The translations under genes were made by a program, and so were the position numbers. The notes beneath the pieces were generated by a model, which saw only the letters and a program-made list of their open reading frames with translations, did not search any database and had not been told where the DNA came from. Below, one piece after another: positions 8,821 to 19,212 of a DNA stretch of 64,000 nucleotides. The DNA comes from Streptosporangiaceae bacterium (GTDB lineage Bacteria; Actinomycetota; Actinomycetes; Streptosporangiales; Streptosporangiaceae), in contig DASYAT010000066.1 in NCBI GenBank assembly GCA_036501205.1, positions 42,745 through 106,744 on the forward strand, written 5' to 3'. Every line of letters begins with the position of its first letter. Positions within the stretch are counted from its first letter, which is position 1.

Positions 8821-9873
8821 ATGACTGCCTCGATCAGACCACGTGCGCTTGCGAGCCGCATCGTCGCGGGTTTCGCCAGCATCGCCCTGACAGGTTTGCT
8901 CCTGACCGCCTGCGGCGGCTCGTCGGCCGGGTCGGACAACTCGATCACGCTTTTCAACGGCCAGCACGAGCAGACCACCAACGAACTGGTCGCCGCGTTC
9001 GAGAAGGCGACCGGAATTCACGTCAACGTGCGCAGCGCCGACGAGGACGAACTGGCCAGCCAGATCGCCTTGCAGGGCCAGAACTCCCCCGCCGACGTGT
9101 TCTTTACCGAGAATTCGCCGCCGCTTGAATTCCTCTCGGAAAAGCACCTGCTATCCGCGGTGCCGAGTTCGGTGTTCGGCGCGATTCCGTCGCAATACAG
9201 CTCACCGCAGAAGGACTGGATGGCGGTGTCGGGGCGGGTCAGCGTGCTGGTGTACGACCCGTCGCTGATTCCGGCCAGTCAGCTGCCAACCTCGATCATG
9301 GCTCTGGCCGATCCCAAGTACAAAGGCAAGCTCGCGCTGGCACCAGGCGAGACCGACTTCCAGCCGATCGTCACCTCCGTGCTGCGCGCCTACGGCGAGG
9401 CCAAGACACTGACGTGGCTCAAGGCGATCAAGGCCAACGCGGCCGGCCACACGCTGCCGGACAATGAAGTGCTCGTGTCCGACGTCAACCGCGGCCAGGT
9501 CGCATTCGGCGTGATCAACCAGTACTACTGGTACCGGCTGCGCTCCGAGATCGGCGCGTCGGCGACGCACTCCCAGATCACTCACCTCGCGCCGCACGAC
9601 CCCGGCTACGTGATCGACGTCTCCGGTGCGGCCGTGCTCAAGTCGAGCAAGCACCAGGCCGACGCGCGGCGATTCCTCGCCTTCCTGGCCAGCAAAAAGG
9701 GCCAGGAGATCATCGCGCATTCGAGCAGCTATGAGTACCCGCTGCTGGCCGGGGTAAAGGCATATCCGGCTGAGACGCCGTTCGATCAGCTGCAGCCGAA
9801 TCCGATCAACATCGATCAGCTCGGCGATGGGTCGACGGCTATCAAACTGCTACAGCGGGTAGGCCTGCTGTGA
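8821..9873 (+). CDS. Fe(III) ABC transporter substrate-binding lipoprotein (FbpA/AfuA-like)
   Basis: Signal peptide with lipobox LLTAC. The sequence has extracellular solute-binding family 1 character and is followed by a fused-duplicate permease and an ATPase. Confidence 0.8.
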   Translation: MTASIRPRALASRIVAGFASIALTGLLLTACGGSSAGSDNSITLFNGQHEQTTNELVAAFEKATGIHVNVRSADEDELASQIALQGQNSPADVFFTENSPPLEFLSEKHLLSAVPSSVFGAIPSQYSSPQKDWMAVSGRVSVLVYDPSLIPASQLPTSIMALADPKYKGKLALAPGETDFQPIVTSVLRAYGEAKTLTWLKAIKANAAGHTLPDNEVLVSDVNRGQVAFGVINQYYWYRLRSEIGASATHSQITHLAPHDPGYVIDVSGAAVLKSSKHQADARRFLAFLASKKGQEIIAHSSSYEYPLLAGVKAYPAETPFDQLQPNPINIDQLGDGSTAIKLLQRVGLL

Positions 9874-9886
9874 TCTACCCACTTGC

Positions 9887-11527
9887 TTGGAGTCAATGAT
9901 GACGTCACAGCTCGCGACCAGTGCGCGCGAGCAGCTTGAGGCTCGCGACCACGTCGCCGCGGCACCGCGATCCTGGCGGTCGCGGCGGCGTCGGCGCCCG
10001 GTCGTGCTGCTCACCTGCGCCGCGCTGGTAACGGCGGCGCTGCTCCTGCCCCTGGTCTTCTTGCTGATCGAGGCCAGGGGCGCCGGCGTTTCGACCATGG
10101 AGCACCTGATCTTCCGGCCGCTGACCGGCGAGCTGCTCTGGAACACGGTCCGGCTGACCGTCGCCGTCACAGCGCTATCCGCGGTCATCGGAACCGCGGC
10201 GGCTTGGTGCACCGAACGGACCGACCTGCCCGGCCGGAGCTGGTGGGCGGTGCTCGTGGTGGTGCCGCTCGCGATCCCTGACTTCGTGGTGAGCTTCGGC
10301 TGGTACTCGCTCTGGACCTGGATGCACGGGTTCAGGGGCGCGGTGATCGTGCTCACGCTCGCCGTCTACCCGCTGGTCTACCTGCCGGTCGCGGCCAGCC
10401 TGCGCAGCGCCGACCCTGGTCAAGAGGAGGTAGCCCGCAGCCTCGGCAACGGCCGGGTGCGCACGTTCGTGCGGATCACGCTGGCGCAGGCCCGCGGTGC
10501 GATCCTTGGCGGCTGCCTGCTGGTCGCGCTGGTACTGCTAGCCGAATACGGAGCGTTCGAGATCCTCGGCTACCAGACCTTCACCACCGAGATCTTCCCC
10601 GAGTTCAACTCACTGAACGGGTTCGCGGCCGCGTGCGCGCTCTCCCTGGTGCTGGTGCTGCTCAGCCTGCTCGTGCTGGCCGGCGAGGGCATGGCGCGCG
10701 GTCGGGGCAGCGTGGCCCGGTCGGGGCCGCTCGCCCAGCGCAAGGCGCCGCCGCACCGGCTCGGCCCCGCGCGCTGGCCGGTGCTAGCCGGATTCGCCGC
10801 GCTGGTGCTGCTCGCGCTCGGCGTGCCGGTCGGCGCCAGCCTGTACTGGATGTTCAGCCGCACCGCGCCCGCGATCACCAGCGGCGTACCGCTCCTCACA
10901 GCCGCTGCGGCTACAGCTGGCTACGGCGCGCTGGCGGCCGCGGTAGCTACCGTGGCGACGCTGCCGGTCGCGCTGCTGGCGGTGCGGCACACCGGCCGGA
11001 TCAGGCAGTTCCTTGAGCGGAGCAGCTACCTGGTGCTGGCAATGCCTGGCATCGTGATCGCGTTCGCGCTGACCTATTTCGTGGAGATCTACGCCCACGG
11101 GATCGGCTACGGCACCTCGACGCTTTTGATCATCTGCTACTCGATCATGTTCTTCCCGCTCTCGCTGGTCGGGGTCAAGGCCTCGCTGGCCAGGGCGCCG
11201 GTCAAGCTCGATGAGATGGCGAGGTCGCTCGGCGTAGGCCAGGTGGCCGTCCTGTGGCGGATCACGCTCAGGCTTGCAGGCCCTGGCCTGATGGCAGCTT
11301 TCTGCCTGGTATTTTTGTCCGTTGTTACCGAACTAACGGCAACATTGCTGCTTATCCCCACCGGAGTACAGACGCTCGCCACGCAATTCTGGGTGTACCA
11401 GACAAACCTTTCCTATGGCCAGGCCGCCCCGTTCGCGCTGGTCATGATCGGCGTGGCGGCCGTGCCGAGTTACGTGCTCGGCCGGTTCTTCAACCGCACG
11501 GCGAGCAGGGCGCGGACAACCCGATGA
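9887..11527 (+). CDS. iron ABC transporter permease (duplicated two-domain FbpB-like)
   Basis: 546 aa and strongly hydrophobic, organised as two tandem permease modules. It lies in an operon with the binding protein and the ATPase. Confidence 0.85.
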   Translation: MESMMTSQLATSAREQLEARDHVAAAPRSWRSRRRRRPVVLLTCAALVTAALLLPLVFLLIEARGAGVSTMEHLIFRPLTGELLWNTVRLTVAVTALSAVIGTAAAWCTERTDLPGRSWWAVLVVVPLAIPDFVVSFGWYSLWTWMHGFRGAVIVLTLAVYPLVYLPVAASLRSADPGQEEVARSLGNGRVRTFVRITLAQARGAILGGCLLVALVLLAEYGAFEILGYQTFTTEIFPEFNSLNGFAAACALSLVLVLLSLLVLAGEGMARGRGSVARSGPLAQRKAPPHRLGPARWPVLAGFAALVLLALGVPVGASLYWMFSRTAPAITSGVPLLTAAAATAGYGALAAAVATVATLPVALLAVRHTGRIRQFLERSSYLVLAMPGIVIAFALTYFVEIYAHGIGYGTSTLLIICYSIMFFPLSLVGVKASLARAPVKLDEMARSLGVGQVAVLWRITLRLAGPGLMAAFCLVFLSVVTELTATLLLIPTGVQTLATQFWVYQTNLSYGQAAPFALVMIGVAAVPSYVLGRFFNRTASRARTTR

Positions 11528-12636
11528 TGAAAGATCTTTCGCGCGGGTCGAAGGGGGTAGCCCCCCTTCGGGCAAAAATAGTCATTTCCGGGCTCTATAA
11601 GGCATTCGGCAGCCACTGCGTGCTCACCAGCCTCGACCTGGACGTGCCGGCCGGCTCGATCACCGCCATTCTGGGGCCTTCGGGCAGCGGCAAGACGACG
11701 TTGCTGCGGATCCTGGCCGGCTTCGAGCAGGCCGACGCCGGCTCGGTGCGGATCGGGGACGTGGTCGTCGACGGAGACGGCACGCACGTCGCGCCCGAGC
11801 GGCGCCGGATCGGCTACGTGCCGCAGGAAGGCAGCCTGTTCCCGCACCTGAACGTGGCCGCCAACGTCGGGTTCGGGCTGCCATCCAAGCAGCGGTCGAG
11901 CGGTCAGATCGCCGACCTGCTCGACGCCGTCGGCCTCACCGACCTGGGCAAGCGCTATCCGCACGAGCTGTCCGGCGGTCAGCAGCAGCGGGTGGCGCTG
12001 GCCCGCGCTCTGGCGATCCGGCCCGACGTGGTGCTGCTGGACGAGCCGTTCGCCTCGCTGGACGCGCACCTGCGGGCCAGCATCAGGACCGACGTGCAGC
12101 AGATCTTCCGCGCCGCCGGGACGACAGCCGTGCTGGTCACCCACGACCAGGACGAGGCGCTCGCGATCGCCGACCGGGTGGCCGTGCTGCGGGACGGCCA
12201 GATCGCGCAGTACTCGGCGCCGGCCGAACTGTACTCCCGGCCGGTCGACTCCGCGCTGGCCCGATTCGTCGGCGACGCCAACCTGCTCGACGGCATCCGT
12301 CGAGACGGACTCGTCGACACTGTGCTTGGCCGGTTGCCGGTCGAATCGGCTCAAGGGGACGCCGGACCCGGTCCCGGCCCGGTCACCGTGCTGATCCGGC
12401 CCGAGCATATTGAACTGCTAGCGACAGACAGCACTGACGGGGCGGACCCGGTCGGCCGGGTGATCGAGTCCGAGTACTACGGCCACGACGCCGTGCTGCG
12501 GATCAAGCTCGAATCAGCCGAAGGCGAGCCGATCGTCGTGCGCACCACCGGCGACCATCAGCTTCCGGCCGGGTCGCTGGTCGTGTTGCGGGCCAGAGGG
12601 CCAGTACTCACCTGGCCCGCTGACCCCCGTGCTTAA
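11524..12636 (+). CDS. ABC transporter ATP-binding protein (FbpC/PotA-like)
   Basis: Motifs: Walker A GPSGSGKTT, signature LSGGQQQRVALARAL, Walker B VVLLDEPF and H-loop THD. The start was chosen at ATG 11524 (ATGA overlap with the permease stop) rather than the track start at 11254, which runs inside the permease gene. Confidence 0.9.
   Translation: MMKDLSRGSKGVAPLRAKIVISGLYKAFGSHCVLTSLDLDVPAGSITAILGPSGSGKTTLLRILAGFEQADAGSVRIGDVVVDGDGTHVAPERRRIGYVPQEGSLFPHLNVAANVGFGLPSKQRSSGQIADLLDAVGLTDLGKRYPHELSGGQQQRVALARALAIRPDVVLLDEPFASLDAHLRASIRTDVQQIFRAAGTTAVLVTHDQDEALAIADRVAVLRDGQIAQYSAPAELYSRPVDSALARFVGDANLLDGIRRDGLVDTVLGRLPVESAQGDAGPGPGPVTVLIRPEHIELLATDSTDGADPVGRVIESEYYGHDAVLRIKLESAEGEPIVVRTTGDHQLPAGSLVVLRARGPVLTWPADPRA
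11549..11570 (+). repeat. perfect hairpin CGAAGGGGG-TAGC-CCCCCTTCG inside the ATPase N-terminus (variant of the G5/C5 hairpin family)
   Basis: Read directly. It has a 9-bp stem and a 4-nt loop and encodes SKGVAPLR ahead of the conserved ABC domain. Confidence 0.7.
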
Positions 12637-12644
12637 CGATGCTG

Positions 12645-13115
12645 CTAGCCGATGCCGCGCAGCACCAGCGCGGTGTCGAGAGCGGCGATCACTGCCTCCC
12701 AGCCCTTGTCTTCCTTGCTGTCGGCGCCCCCGCTTCGCTCGATCGCCTGCTCGATCGTGTCGCAGGTCAGCACTCCGTTGCCGACCGGGGTGCCGGTGTC
12801 AAGCGCCACCCGGGCCAGCCCGTAGGTGACCGCATCACAGACGTAGTCGAAGTGCGGGGTGCCGCCCCTGATCACGGCGCCGAGGCACGCCACCGCGTCG
12901 TGCTTGCGGGCCAGCGCGGCGGCGACCACCGGCAACTCGACCGCCCCGGCTACCCGCACCAGGGACGGCGAGTCAATGCCGCACGCTTTCGCCGCCGCCA
13001 GCGCCCGGTTCACCAGGGCGTCGGTGATCGCCGCGTTCCACCTGGTGGCCACGATGGCCACGGTCAGGCCGGCGGCCGCGACCGGCTCGGCGTCGGGCCG
13101 GCCGGTCCCGCTCAC
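12645..13115 (-). CDS. ribH: 6,7-dimethyl-8-ribityllumazine synthase
   Basis: ..[53 protein letters not shown].. are canonical RibH motifs. Confidence 0.95.
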   Translation of the reverse strand: MSGTGRPDAEPVAAAGLTVAIVATRWNAAITDALVNRALAAAKACGIDSPSLVRVAGAVELPVVAAALARKHDAVACLGAVIRGGTPHFDYVCDAVTYGLARVALDTGTPVGNGVLTCDTIEQAIERSGGADSKEDKGWEAVIAALDTALVLRGIG

Positions 13116-14509
13116 CGGTTGCCTGCCCCGTTGCCAGCCGACCCGTTGCCAGTCGACCCGTTGCCAGTCGACGCTGGCTCGCCGGCCCCCGTGGTGGTGG
13201 CAGATTCGGTCAGCTCGATCAGGTGGCCAAGCCGGTCTCGCTTGGCGATCAGGTACCGCAGGTTGTGCGGCGTCGCGCTAACCGGCAACGAGACGGTGCC
13301 GGTCACGTCAAGGCCGAAGTCGGCCAGCCCCTTGATCTTGTCCGGGTTGTTGGTGAGCAGCCGCAGCGAGCTGACCCCGAGGTCGGCGAGCATCTGCGCG
13401 CCGGTCGAGTACTCGCGTGCGTCAACCGGGAAGCCGAGTTCGGTGTTGGCGTCGACGGTATCGGCCCCGGCGTCCTGCAGCTGGTACGCCCGCAGCTTGC
13501 TGAGCAGGCCGATCCCCCGGCCCTCGTGCCCGCGCAGGTAAAGCACGATGCCCGCGCCCTCGGCGGCGATGGCGGCCATCGCGGCGTTCAGCTGGGTACC
13601 GCAGTCACACCGTTGCGAGCCGAGCACGTCGCCGGTGAGGCACTCAGAGTGCATCCGCACCAGCACGTCGGGCCGTGATGGATCGCCGACCGCGCCGTGT
13701 TTGCCAGCACCGGTACGGTCGGCGGACGGCAGTCCGCCGACCGTACCTACATCGCCGAGCACGAGCGCGACGTGCTCGGTGCCGTCCAGGTTGTTGAGAT
13801 AGCCGACCGCGGTCCAGTGCCCGTACTCGTTGGGCACCATGGTCTGGACCACCCGGGTGACCATCTGCTCGCAGTGCCGCCGGTACTCGATCAGCTGCGC
13901 GATCGAGATCAGCGGCAGTCCGTGTTCGTCGGCGAACGCGCGTAGCCCTGGCAGCCTGGTCATCGTCCCGTCATCGTTGACCACCTCGGCGAGAACTCCG
14001 GCGGGCGACAGCCCGGCCAGCCGGGCCAGGTCGACCGCCGCCTCGGTGTGACCGGGCCGGCGAAGCACGCCGCCCGGCATGTAGCGGAGCGGGAAAACGT
14101 GACCTGGCCGCACCAGCTCGTAAGGCTCGGTCGCCGAGTCGACCAGTCGCCGTACCGTCTTGCTCCGGTCGGCGGCCGAGATCCCGGTGGTCACGCCATC
14201 GCGGGCGTCCACGCTGACCGTGAACGCGGTCCGCATCCGCTCGTTGTTCTGCGTGGTCATCAGCGGCAACTGGAGCCGGTCAAGCTCCTCGCCCAGCATC
14301 GGCACGCAGATGACCCCGCTGGTGTGCCTGATCATGAACGCCAGCAGCGCAGGAGTCGCCTTGCCGGCCGCGAAGATGATGTCGCCTTCGTTCTCCCGGT
14401 CGGCGTCATCGACCACCACGACGGCCCGTCCGGCCGCGATCTCCGCAACCGCGCGCTCCACCTCATCGAGCTGGACGCCGTCGACCACCGCCTGGCCTGG
14501 CCCGGTCAT
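13112..14509 (-). CDS. ribBA: bifunctional 3,4-dihydroxy-2-butanone-4-phosphate synthase / GTP cyclohydrolase II
   Basis: DRENEGD and HTEA motifs mark the RibB half. [16 protein letters not shown] marks the RibA half. The C-terminal tail is repetitive: [15 protein letters not shown]. Confidence 0.95.
   Translation of the reverse strand: MTGPGQAVVDGVQLDEVERAVAEIAAGRAVVVVDDADRENEGDIIFAAGKATPALLAFMIRHTSGVICVPMLGEELDRLQLPLMTTQNNERMRTAFTVSVDARDGVTTGISAADRSKTVRRLVDSATEPYELVRPGHVFPLRYMPGGVLRRPGHTEAAVDLARLAGLSPAGVLAEVVNDDGTMTRLPGLRAFADEHGLPLISIAQLIEYRRHCEQMVTRVVQTMVPNEYGHWTAVGYLNNLDGTEHVALVLGDVGTVGGLPSADRTGAGKHGAVGDPSRPDVLVRMHSECLTGDVLGSQRCDCGTQLNAAMAAIAAEGAGIVLYLRGHEGRGIGLLSKLRAYQLQDAGADTVDANTELGFPVDAREYSTGAQMLADLGVSSLRLLTNNPDKIKGLADFGLDVTGTVSLPVSATPHNLRYLIAKRDRLGHLIELTESATTTGAGEPASTGNGSTGNGSAGNGAGNR
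13127..13171 (-). repeat. 3 x 15-nt in-frame tandem repeat in the ribBA 3' tail
   Basis: cccgttgccag(c/t)cga occurs three times in direct succession. Confidence 0.85.
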
Positions 14510-15126
14510 CGGGCATCCCTCGCCATCAGCCGCTCGACGTATTTGGCGATCACGTCGACCTCGATGTTCACCACGGCGCCGACTGCGCTGTGGCCGAGCG
14601 TGGTCCGCGCCAGGGTTTCCGGGATCAGGCTGACCTCGAACCAGCTGCCGCCATCATCGTCGAACACAGAATCACCGAGTTCGGAAACCGTAAGGCTGAC
14701 ACCGTCGACGGCCACCGAGCCCTTCTTCGCTATATAGCGCATGAGCGCCGGCATAGTAGAGATTCGCAAGACATGCCAGCGATCGGCCGGCCGGCTTTCG
14801 ATCACCACGCCGGTGCCGTCGACATGACCCTGGACGATGTGGCCGTCAAGCCGTCCGCCAGCGGCGACTGGGCGCTCGAGGTTGACCGGGCGGCCTGGCG
14901 CCAGGCCGCCGAGGCTGGTCCTGGCCAGCGTCTCGCCCATCACGTCAGCGGTGAACTCACCCTCGGCCAGGCTCGTCACGGTCACGCACACGCCGTTGAC
15001 AGCGATCGAACTACCTTGGGCGACGCCAGTCGTGGCGAGCGTGCCGCGCACGGCCAGCTTGGCTGAATCGCCCAGCCGGTCGATGCCAGTGACCTCGCCG
15101 AGTTCTTCTACGATTCCGGTGAACAT
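14506..15126 (-). CDS. ribE: riboflavin synthase
   Basis: [12 protein letters not shown].. is the canonical N-terminus. The start is set at ATG 15126 rather than the track start at 15201. Confidence 0.95.
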   Translation of the reverse strand: MFTGIVEELGEVTGIDRLGDSAKLAVRGTLATTGVAQGSSIAVNGVCVTVTSLAEGEFTADVMGETLARTSLGGLAPGRPVNLERPVAAGGRLDGHIVQGHVDGTGVVIESRPADRWHVLRISTMPALMRYIAKKGSVAVDGVSLTVSELGDSVFDDDGGSWFEVSLIPETLARTTLGHSAVGAVVNIEVDVIAKYVERLMARDAR

Positions 15127-15271
15127 CTGCGCCTCTCCTCGAAACCTGTCCTGTCCTTCAGGCTCCGGGGATGCGCGATGAGACGCGCTATCGCGGCCCA
15201 AGGCGACCGCCGAAACGGGCGCGCCGCCGGGTGAGATCCCACCTTCTGGACCTTCCGGCGTGGCCTGCGAG

Positions 15272-15396
15272 CGTGCTACCTCCCATCCGGACTTTTACCG
15301 TCGGTACCGGAATTCCACCGGTTCAACCGGCCGATGGCCTCGGCCGGGTCGCGGACTATCACCGCCGGTTCGGAGTTTCACCGACCCCGGAGCACG
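15272..15396 (-). promoter_or_regulatory. FMN riboswitch (RFN element) aptamer
   Basis: The minus strand reads CGTGCTCCGGGGTCGGTGAAACTCCGAACCGGCGGTGATAGTCCGCGACCCG...GGTGGAATTCCGGTACCGACGGTAAAAGTCCGGATGGGAGGTAGCACG. All conserved RFN segments are present, and the P1 helix is CGTGCT/AGCACG. Confidence 0.9.
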
Positions 15397-15513
15397 CATA
15401 ACAGCTCTTACCAGTATGCCATGCCCGATGCGGGTCCTTGAGATGGGCGGCGGGCGGACGGTGTGGCATTACGCCCGCCCGCCACCGGTCCTAAGCCGGC
15501 GCGGCGCGACTGG

Positions 15514-16857
15514 TCATGCCTGGCGCGGCGCACCGCGGCGTGACAGGACATCGACGCCTGCTGCCGCTAGCAGTACCGCGGCGACCACGACATCAATCCA
15601 CTCGCTCGACACGCCTAGCAAGTAGAGGCCGTTGTAGATGCCACCGATCACCAGGCCGCCGAGTACACCGTGGATGGTCTTGCCCCGGCCGCCGAAGAGA
15701 CTGGTGCCACCGATGACGGCGGCGGCGATCGCGAGCAGCACGTAGCTGTTGGCGGACTTGATGATGTTGGTGGTCAGCGAGACCTGCCAGGAAGCGAACA
15801 GGACGCCAGCGATTCCGGAGGTCAGGCCGGCGAGAACGAAACCCAAGGTTCGGACGCCGGGCAAGCTGACTCCGGCTCGGCGGGCCGCCTCGGGGTTGCC
15901 GCCGATGGCGTACACATAGCGGCCGAAGCGGGTTCGCTGTAGCAGGACCGTCCAGCCAGCGAGCACGACCAGGACGATCACGATGATGTAGGGAACTCCC
16001 TCGATCGTCCCGGAGTGGGCTCGGTTGACGTTGCAGATGGCGACGAGCGCGACTCCCGCCACCGCCATGAGAACGATCTTCATCGCGGTGAGGCTGCGCG
16101 GCGGAGTCTCCAGGCCGTGGCGGCGCCTGCGGGCGGCCTGCGTCCAGAGCCCGGTGCCAGCGGCTCCGACCAGGACGACGAGCAAAACCCAGCTGGTCAC
16201 CGGGCCGATCTGTCCCCAGAAGATGTCATAGAGGACCACCTCGTTGGTGAACCGGGAGTTGCCGATCCCGGCCAGCGACCCGCCGAGGACGATGATCGAC
16301 ACTCCCTCCAGGATCAGCAACCCGCCGAGAGTGACTATGAACGAGGGCATCTTGAGCCGGGCCACGAGTGTGCCCTGAATGGCGCCCCAGGCGGAGCAGG
16401 CGAGCAAGGCCGCTATGATCGCCGCCCACCACGGCCAGTTCGCGCCGTTTGGCTGCACAAGCTCGACGACCACGACGCTGCCAAGCACCATGACCAGGCC
16501 AACGGAGAGGTCAACCTCCGCCAGGAGCAGCACGAAGATCTCGGCCATCGCCAGCACCATGTACACGGTGCTCTGCTCGAAGAGGTTGACCAGGTTCTGC
16601 GGCGACAGGAACTTCGAGTTCGTGATCTGGAAGCTGATGGCGACCACCACGATGGCCATGACCACGGGCAGTACACCGCTGTTGCCGCTGCGAACCCGGA
16701 GCCACCAGGCCCTGGCGTACTGGCCAAGCGACTGAGCGACGAGTTCGGGCGGGACGTCAGTCTCGGCGACCTCAGGGGCGGCGGTGAGGTCAATCGCCAT
16801 CCCGGCGTCCTGCGTCGCGCTCTCTTCCGAATCCGTCGTCACAGGGATGTCAGACAC
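15514..16857 (-). CDS. sugar ABC transporter permease (CUT2, XylH-like), copy 2
   Basis: 447 aa with multiple TM segments. The N-terminal cytosolic extension carries ..SLGQYARAWWLRVRSGNSGVLPV.., as in actinobacterial XylH-type permeases. Confidence 0.85.
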   Translation of the reverse strand: MSDIPVTTDSEESATQDAGMAIDLTAAPEVAETDVPPELVAQSLGQYARAWWLRVRSGNSGVLPVVMAIVVVAISFQITNSKFLSPQNLVNLFEQSTVYMVLAMAEIFVLLLAEVDLSVGLVMVLGSVVVVELVQPNGANWPWWAAIIAALLACSAWGAIQGTLVARLKMPSFIVTLGGLLILEGVSIIVLGGSLAGIGNSRFTNEVVLYDIFWGQIGPVTSWVLLVVLVGAAGTGLWTQAARRRRHGLETPPRSLTAMKIVLMAVAGVALVAICNVNRAHSGTIEGVPYIIVIVLVVLAGWTVLLQRTRFGRYVYAIGGNPEAARRAGVSLPGVRTLGFVLAGLTSGIAGVLFASWQVSLTTNIIKSANSYVLLAIAAAVIGGTSLFGGRGKTIHGVLGGLVIGGIYNGLYLLGVSSEWIDVVVAAVLLAAAGVDVLSRRGAPRQA

Positions 16858-18184
16858 GGGTCACGCTCCCACCTCCGCGCCGTGACAGCACGTCAACCAT
16901 CACTGCTCCCAGGAGCACACCTCCGGGCACGATGTATGCCAGCGGCGTGGACAGTTCTCCCAGGTTGAGAAGGGACACGCCGTAGGCTATGCCGCCGATG
17001 AGCAAGCCGCCGAGAACACCGTGGATCGCCTTGCCCCGGCCGCCGAAGAGGCTGACGCCGCCGATGACGGCAGCGGCCACCGCGTACAGGACGAGTTGGC
17101 CGGGGTCGGCCGTGTTAGTGCTGTACTCACCGAAGAAGAAGGAGCCGAGCAGAATTCCGCCGAGACCGGCGGTCGCGGAGCACAACGCGAAGGCCCAGGT
17201 ACGGATACCAGCGAGGCTGACGCCGGCTCGGCGGGCCGCTTCTGGATTGCCTCCGATGGCATAGAGATAGCGACCGAATCGGGTCCGCTGGAGCACGAGC
17301 GTCCAACCGCCGAGGACGGCCAGGACGATCGGGATCACCCAGGGAATCCCCTCGATCGCCACCAGTGCCCTTCCGCGGTTGATCGAGCAGATCAGTACCA
17401 CTGCCACCCCGACCAGCGCCACCAGCCCGATTCTGATTATCGTCAGGCTGACCGGAGGAGCCGCCAGGCCCTGGCGTCGCCTCGCGGCCGCGCGCAGCCA
17501 GAGCATCGCGCCCGCGATCGCGACCACCACCGCGAGGCCGACCCAGCCGACGACGGGGGCGATCAGCCCCTGGACCATGTCGTAGATGACGCGCTGGTTG
17601 GAGTCCGTAGAGCTGACGCTTACCGAGCCATCGGCTCCGCCGAGCATGACGATGAGAATCCCCGAGAACAGAAGAAACCCGCCCAAGGTCACGACGAACG
17701 ACGGGATCTTGAGCCGAGCAGTCAATGTCCCCTGGAGGGCACCGATGACACCGCAGGCAACGAGCGCGGCGAGCACCGCTGCCCACCACGGCCAGCCCGG
17801 CCCGGGCTGCTGGACGAGCTTGAAGGCGATCACTCCGCCGATCATCGCTACCGCGCCGACCGAGAGGTCGATCTCTCCGAGTAGAAGCACCACCGTCTCG
17901 GCCACCGCCAGCACCATGTACACGGTGCTCAGCCCGAAGACGTAGACGAGGTTGCTCGGACGCAGGAAGGCGTGCTCGGGGGTGATGATCTCGAAGACGA
18001 CGGCGACCAGCACCATGGCCAAGATGACAGGCAGGACACCGCTGTTGCCGCTGCGGACACCGGCCCATGAGGCCCGCACGTACCGGCCGAGCGACTGGGA
18101 GACGTACTCGGGCGGGACAAGGGCCGCTGCGGCCTGGGTGGCGTCGGGCGCCGCGGTTGGGGTCTGGGCGGGGTCCGCGGTCAC
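16850..18184 (-). CDS. sugar ABC transporter permease (CUT2, XylH-like), copy 1
   Basis: 444 aa, a paralogue of the downstream permease, which it overlaps by 8 nt. Confidence 0.85.
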   Translation of the reverse strand: MTADPAQTPTAAPDATQAAAALVPPEYVSQSLGRYVRASWAGVRSGNSGVLPVILAMVLVAVVFEIITPEHAFLRPSNLVYVFGLSTVYMVLAVAETVVLLLGEIDLSVGAVAMIGGVIAFKLVQQPGPGWPWWAAVLAALVACGVIGALQGTLTARLKIPSFVVTLGGFLLFSGILIVMLGGADGSVSVSSTDSNQRVIYDMVQGLIAPVVGWVGLAVVVAIAGAMLWLRAAARRRQGLAAPPVSLTIIRIGLVALVGVAVVLICSINRGRALVAIEGIPWVIPIVLAVLGGWTLVLQRTRFGRYLYAIGGNPEAARRAGVSLAGIRTWAFALCSATAGLGGILLGSFFFGEYSTNTADPGQLVLYAVAAAVIGGVSLFGGRGKAIHGVLGGLLIGGIAYGVSLLNLGELSTPLAYIVPGGVLLGAVMVDVLSRRGGGSVTRV

Positions 18185-18211
18185 AGGGCTCTCCCGGTCA
18201 AGGCCATAGAC

Positions 18212-19039
18212 TCAGCCCTCGCTACTGGCAGATCCGGCCGGCTCGAACGGCCGCCCGCTGAAGCTGCCCGTCGTCATGTACTCGACCACGCTTTGCCGGT
18301 CGAAGTCGGACGCCGGCCCTTGTGCCACCATTCTTCCCAGGTACAGTACCGCGATCCGGTCGGCGATCTCGAAGACGTCGTTCAGGTTGTGGGAGATCAC
18401 CATCACCGCCAGCCCGCGGTCCCTGAGCCGCTTGACCAGGTCAAGCACGGTCCGGGTCTGTACCACCCCGAGCGCGGCGGTGGGCTCGTCCAGCAGAACC
18501 AGCTTGGAGTTCCACATCACCGCCTTGGCCACCGCCACGGCCTGCCGCTGACCTCCGGATAGAGATGCCACTGGCTGCCGGATCGAACGGACCGTGGTCA
18601 CGTGGAGCGTGCTGAGGGTCTCGGCCGCCTCACCTTCCATCGAGTCCTCGTCGAGCAGGCCGCGACGCAGGCGCTCCCGGCCGAGAAACATGTTCTGGAC
18701 GATGTCCAGGTTGTCGGCCAGCGCCAGATCCTGGTAGACGGTCTCGATCCCCAGCGCTGAGGCGTCTCTGGTGCTGCGGATGTGTACCGGTCGTCCCTCG
18801 AAGTAGACCTGACCATGATCTGGCTGGTGCACGCCGGCGATGGTGCGGGTGAGCACCGACTTACCGGCGCCGTTGTCACCGCACAGGCCGGTCACCTGGC
18901 CAGCGGGCAGGTCCAGGTCCACGCCGTAGAGCGCCTGGACGGGTCCGAAATGTTTGTCGATGCCCCGCAGCTTCAGCAGAGGTTCTGCCTCTTCGCTGCC
19001 GCGACTCGCGCCCTCCAGGGCGTCATTAATCTCAGTCAT
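18212..19039 (-). CDS. sugar ABC transporter ATP-binding protein (single NBD, XylG-like)
   Basis: Motifs: Walker A GDNGAGKS, signature LSGGQRQAVAVAKA, Walker B LVLLDEPT and H-loop SHN. The likely start is ATG 19039 (MTEINDAL); the track start is 19126. Confidence 0.9.
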   Translation of the reverse strand: MTEINDALEGASRGSEEAEPLLKLRGIDKHFGPVQALYGVDLDLPAGQVTGLCGDNGAGKSVLTRTIAGVHQPDHGQVYFEGRPVHIRSTRDASALGIETVYQDLALADNLDIVQNMFLGRERLRRGLLDEDSMEGEAAETLSTLHVTTVRSIRQPVASLSGGQRQAVAVAKAVMWNSKLVLLDEPTAALGVVQTRTVLDLVKRLRDRGLAVMVISHNLNDVFEIADRIAVLYLGRMVAQGPASDFDRQSVVEYMTTGSFSGRPFEPAGSASSEG

Positions 19040-19212
19040 CGTGAAGACTCGTCCGTCGCCTTGCCTAGGTTGGGCTCTCGCCGCTCCAGCATCCCGGCAC
19101 CGCAGAGCATAGTTGTGCTCCTCCATTCCCGCCTTTGAGCCCGTCCGGGGTTCTCACCGTCCGCCCGAGAGCGGACGGTGAGAACCCGTTGGGATCTTTC
19201 AGGTCAGATGGG

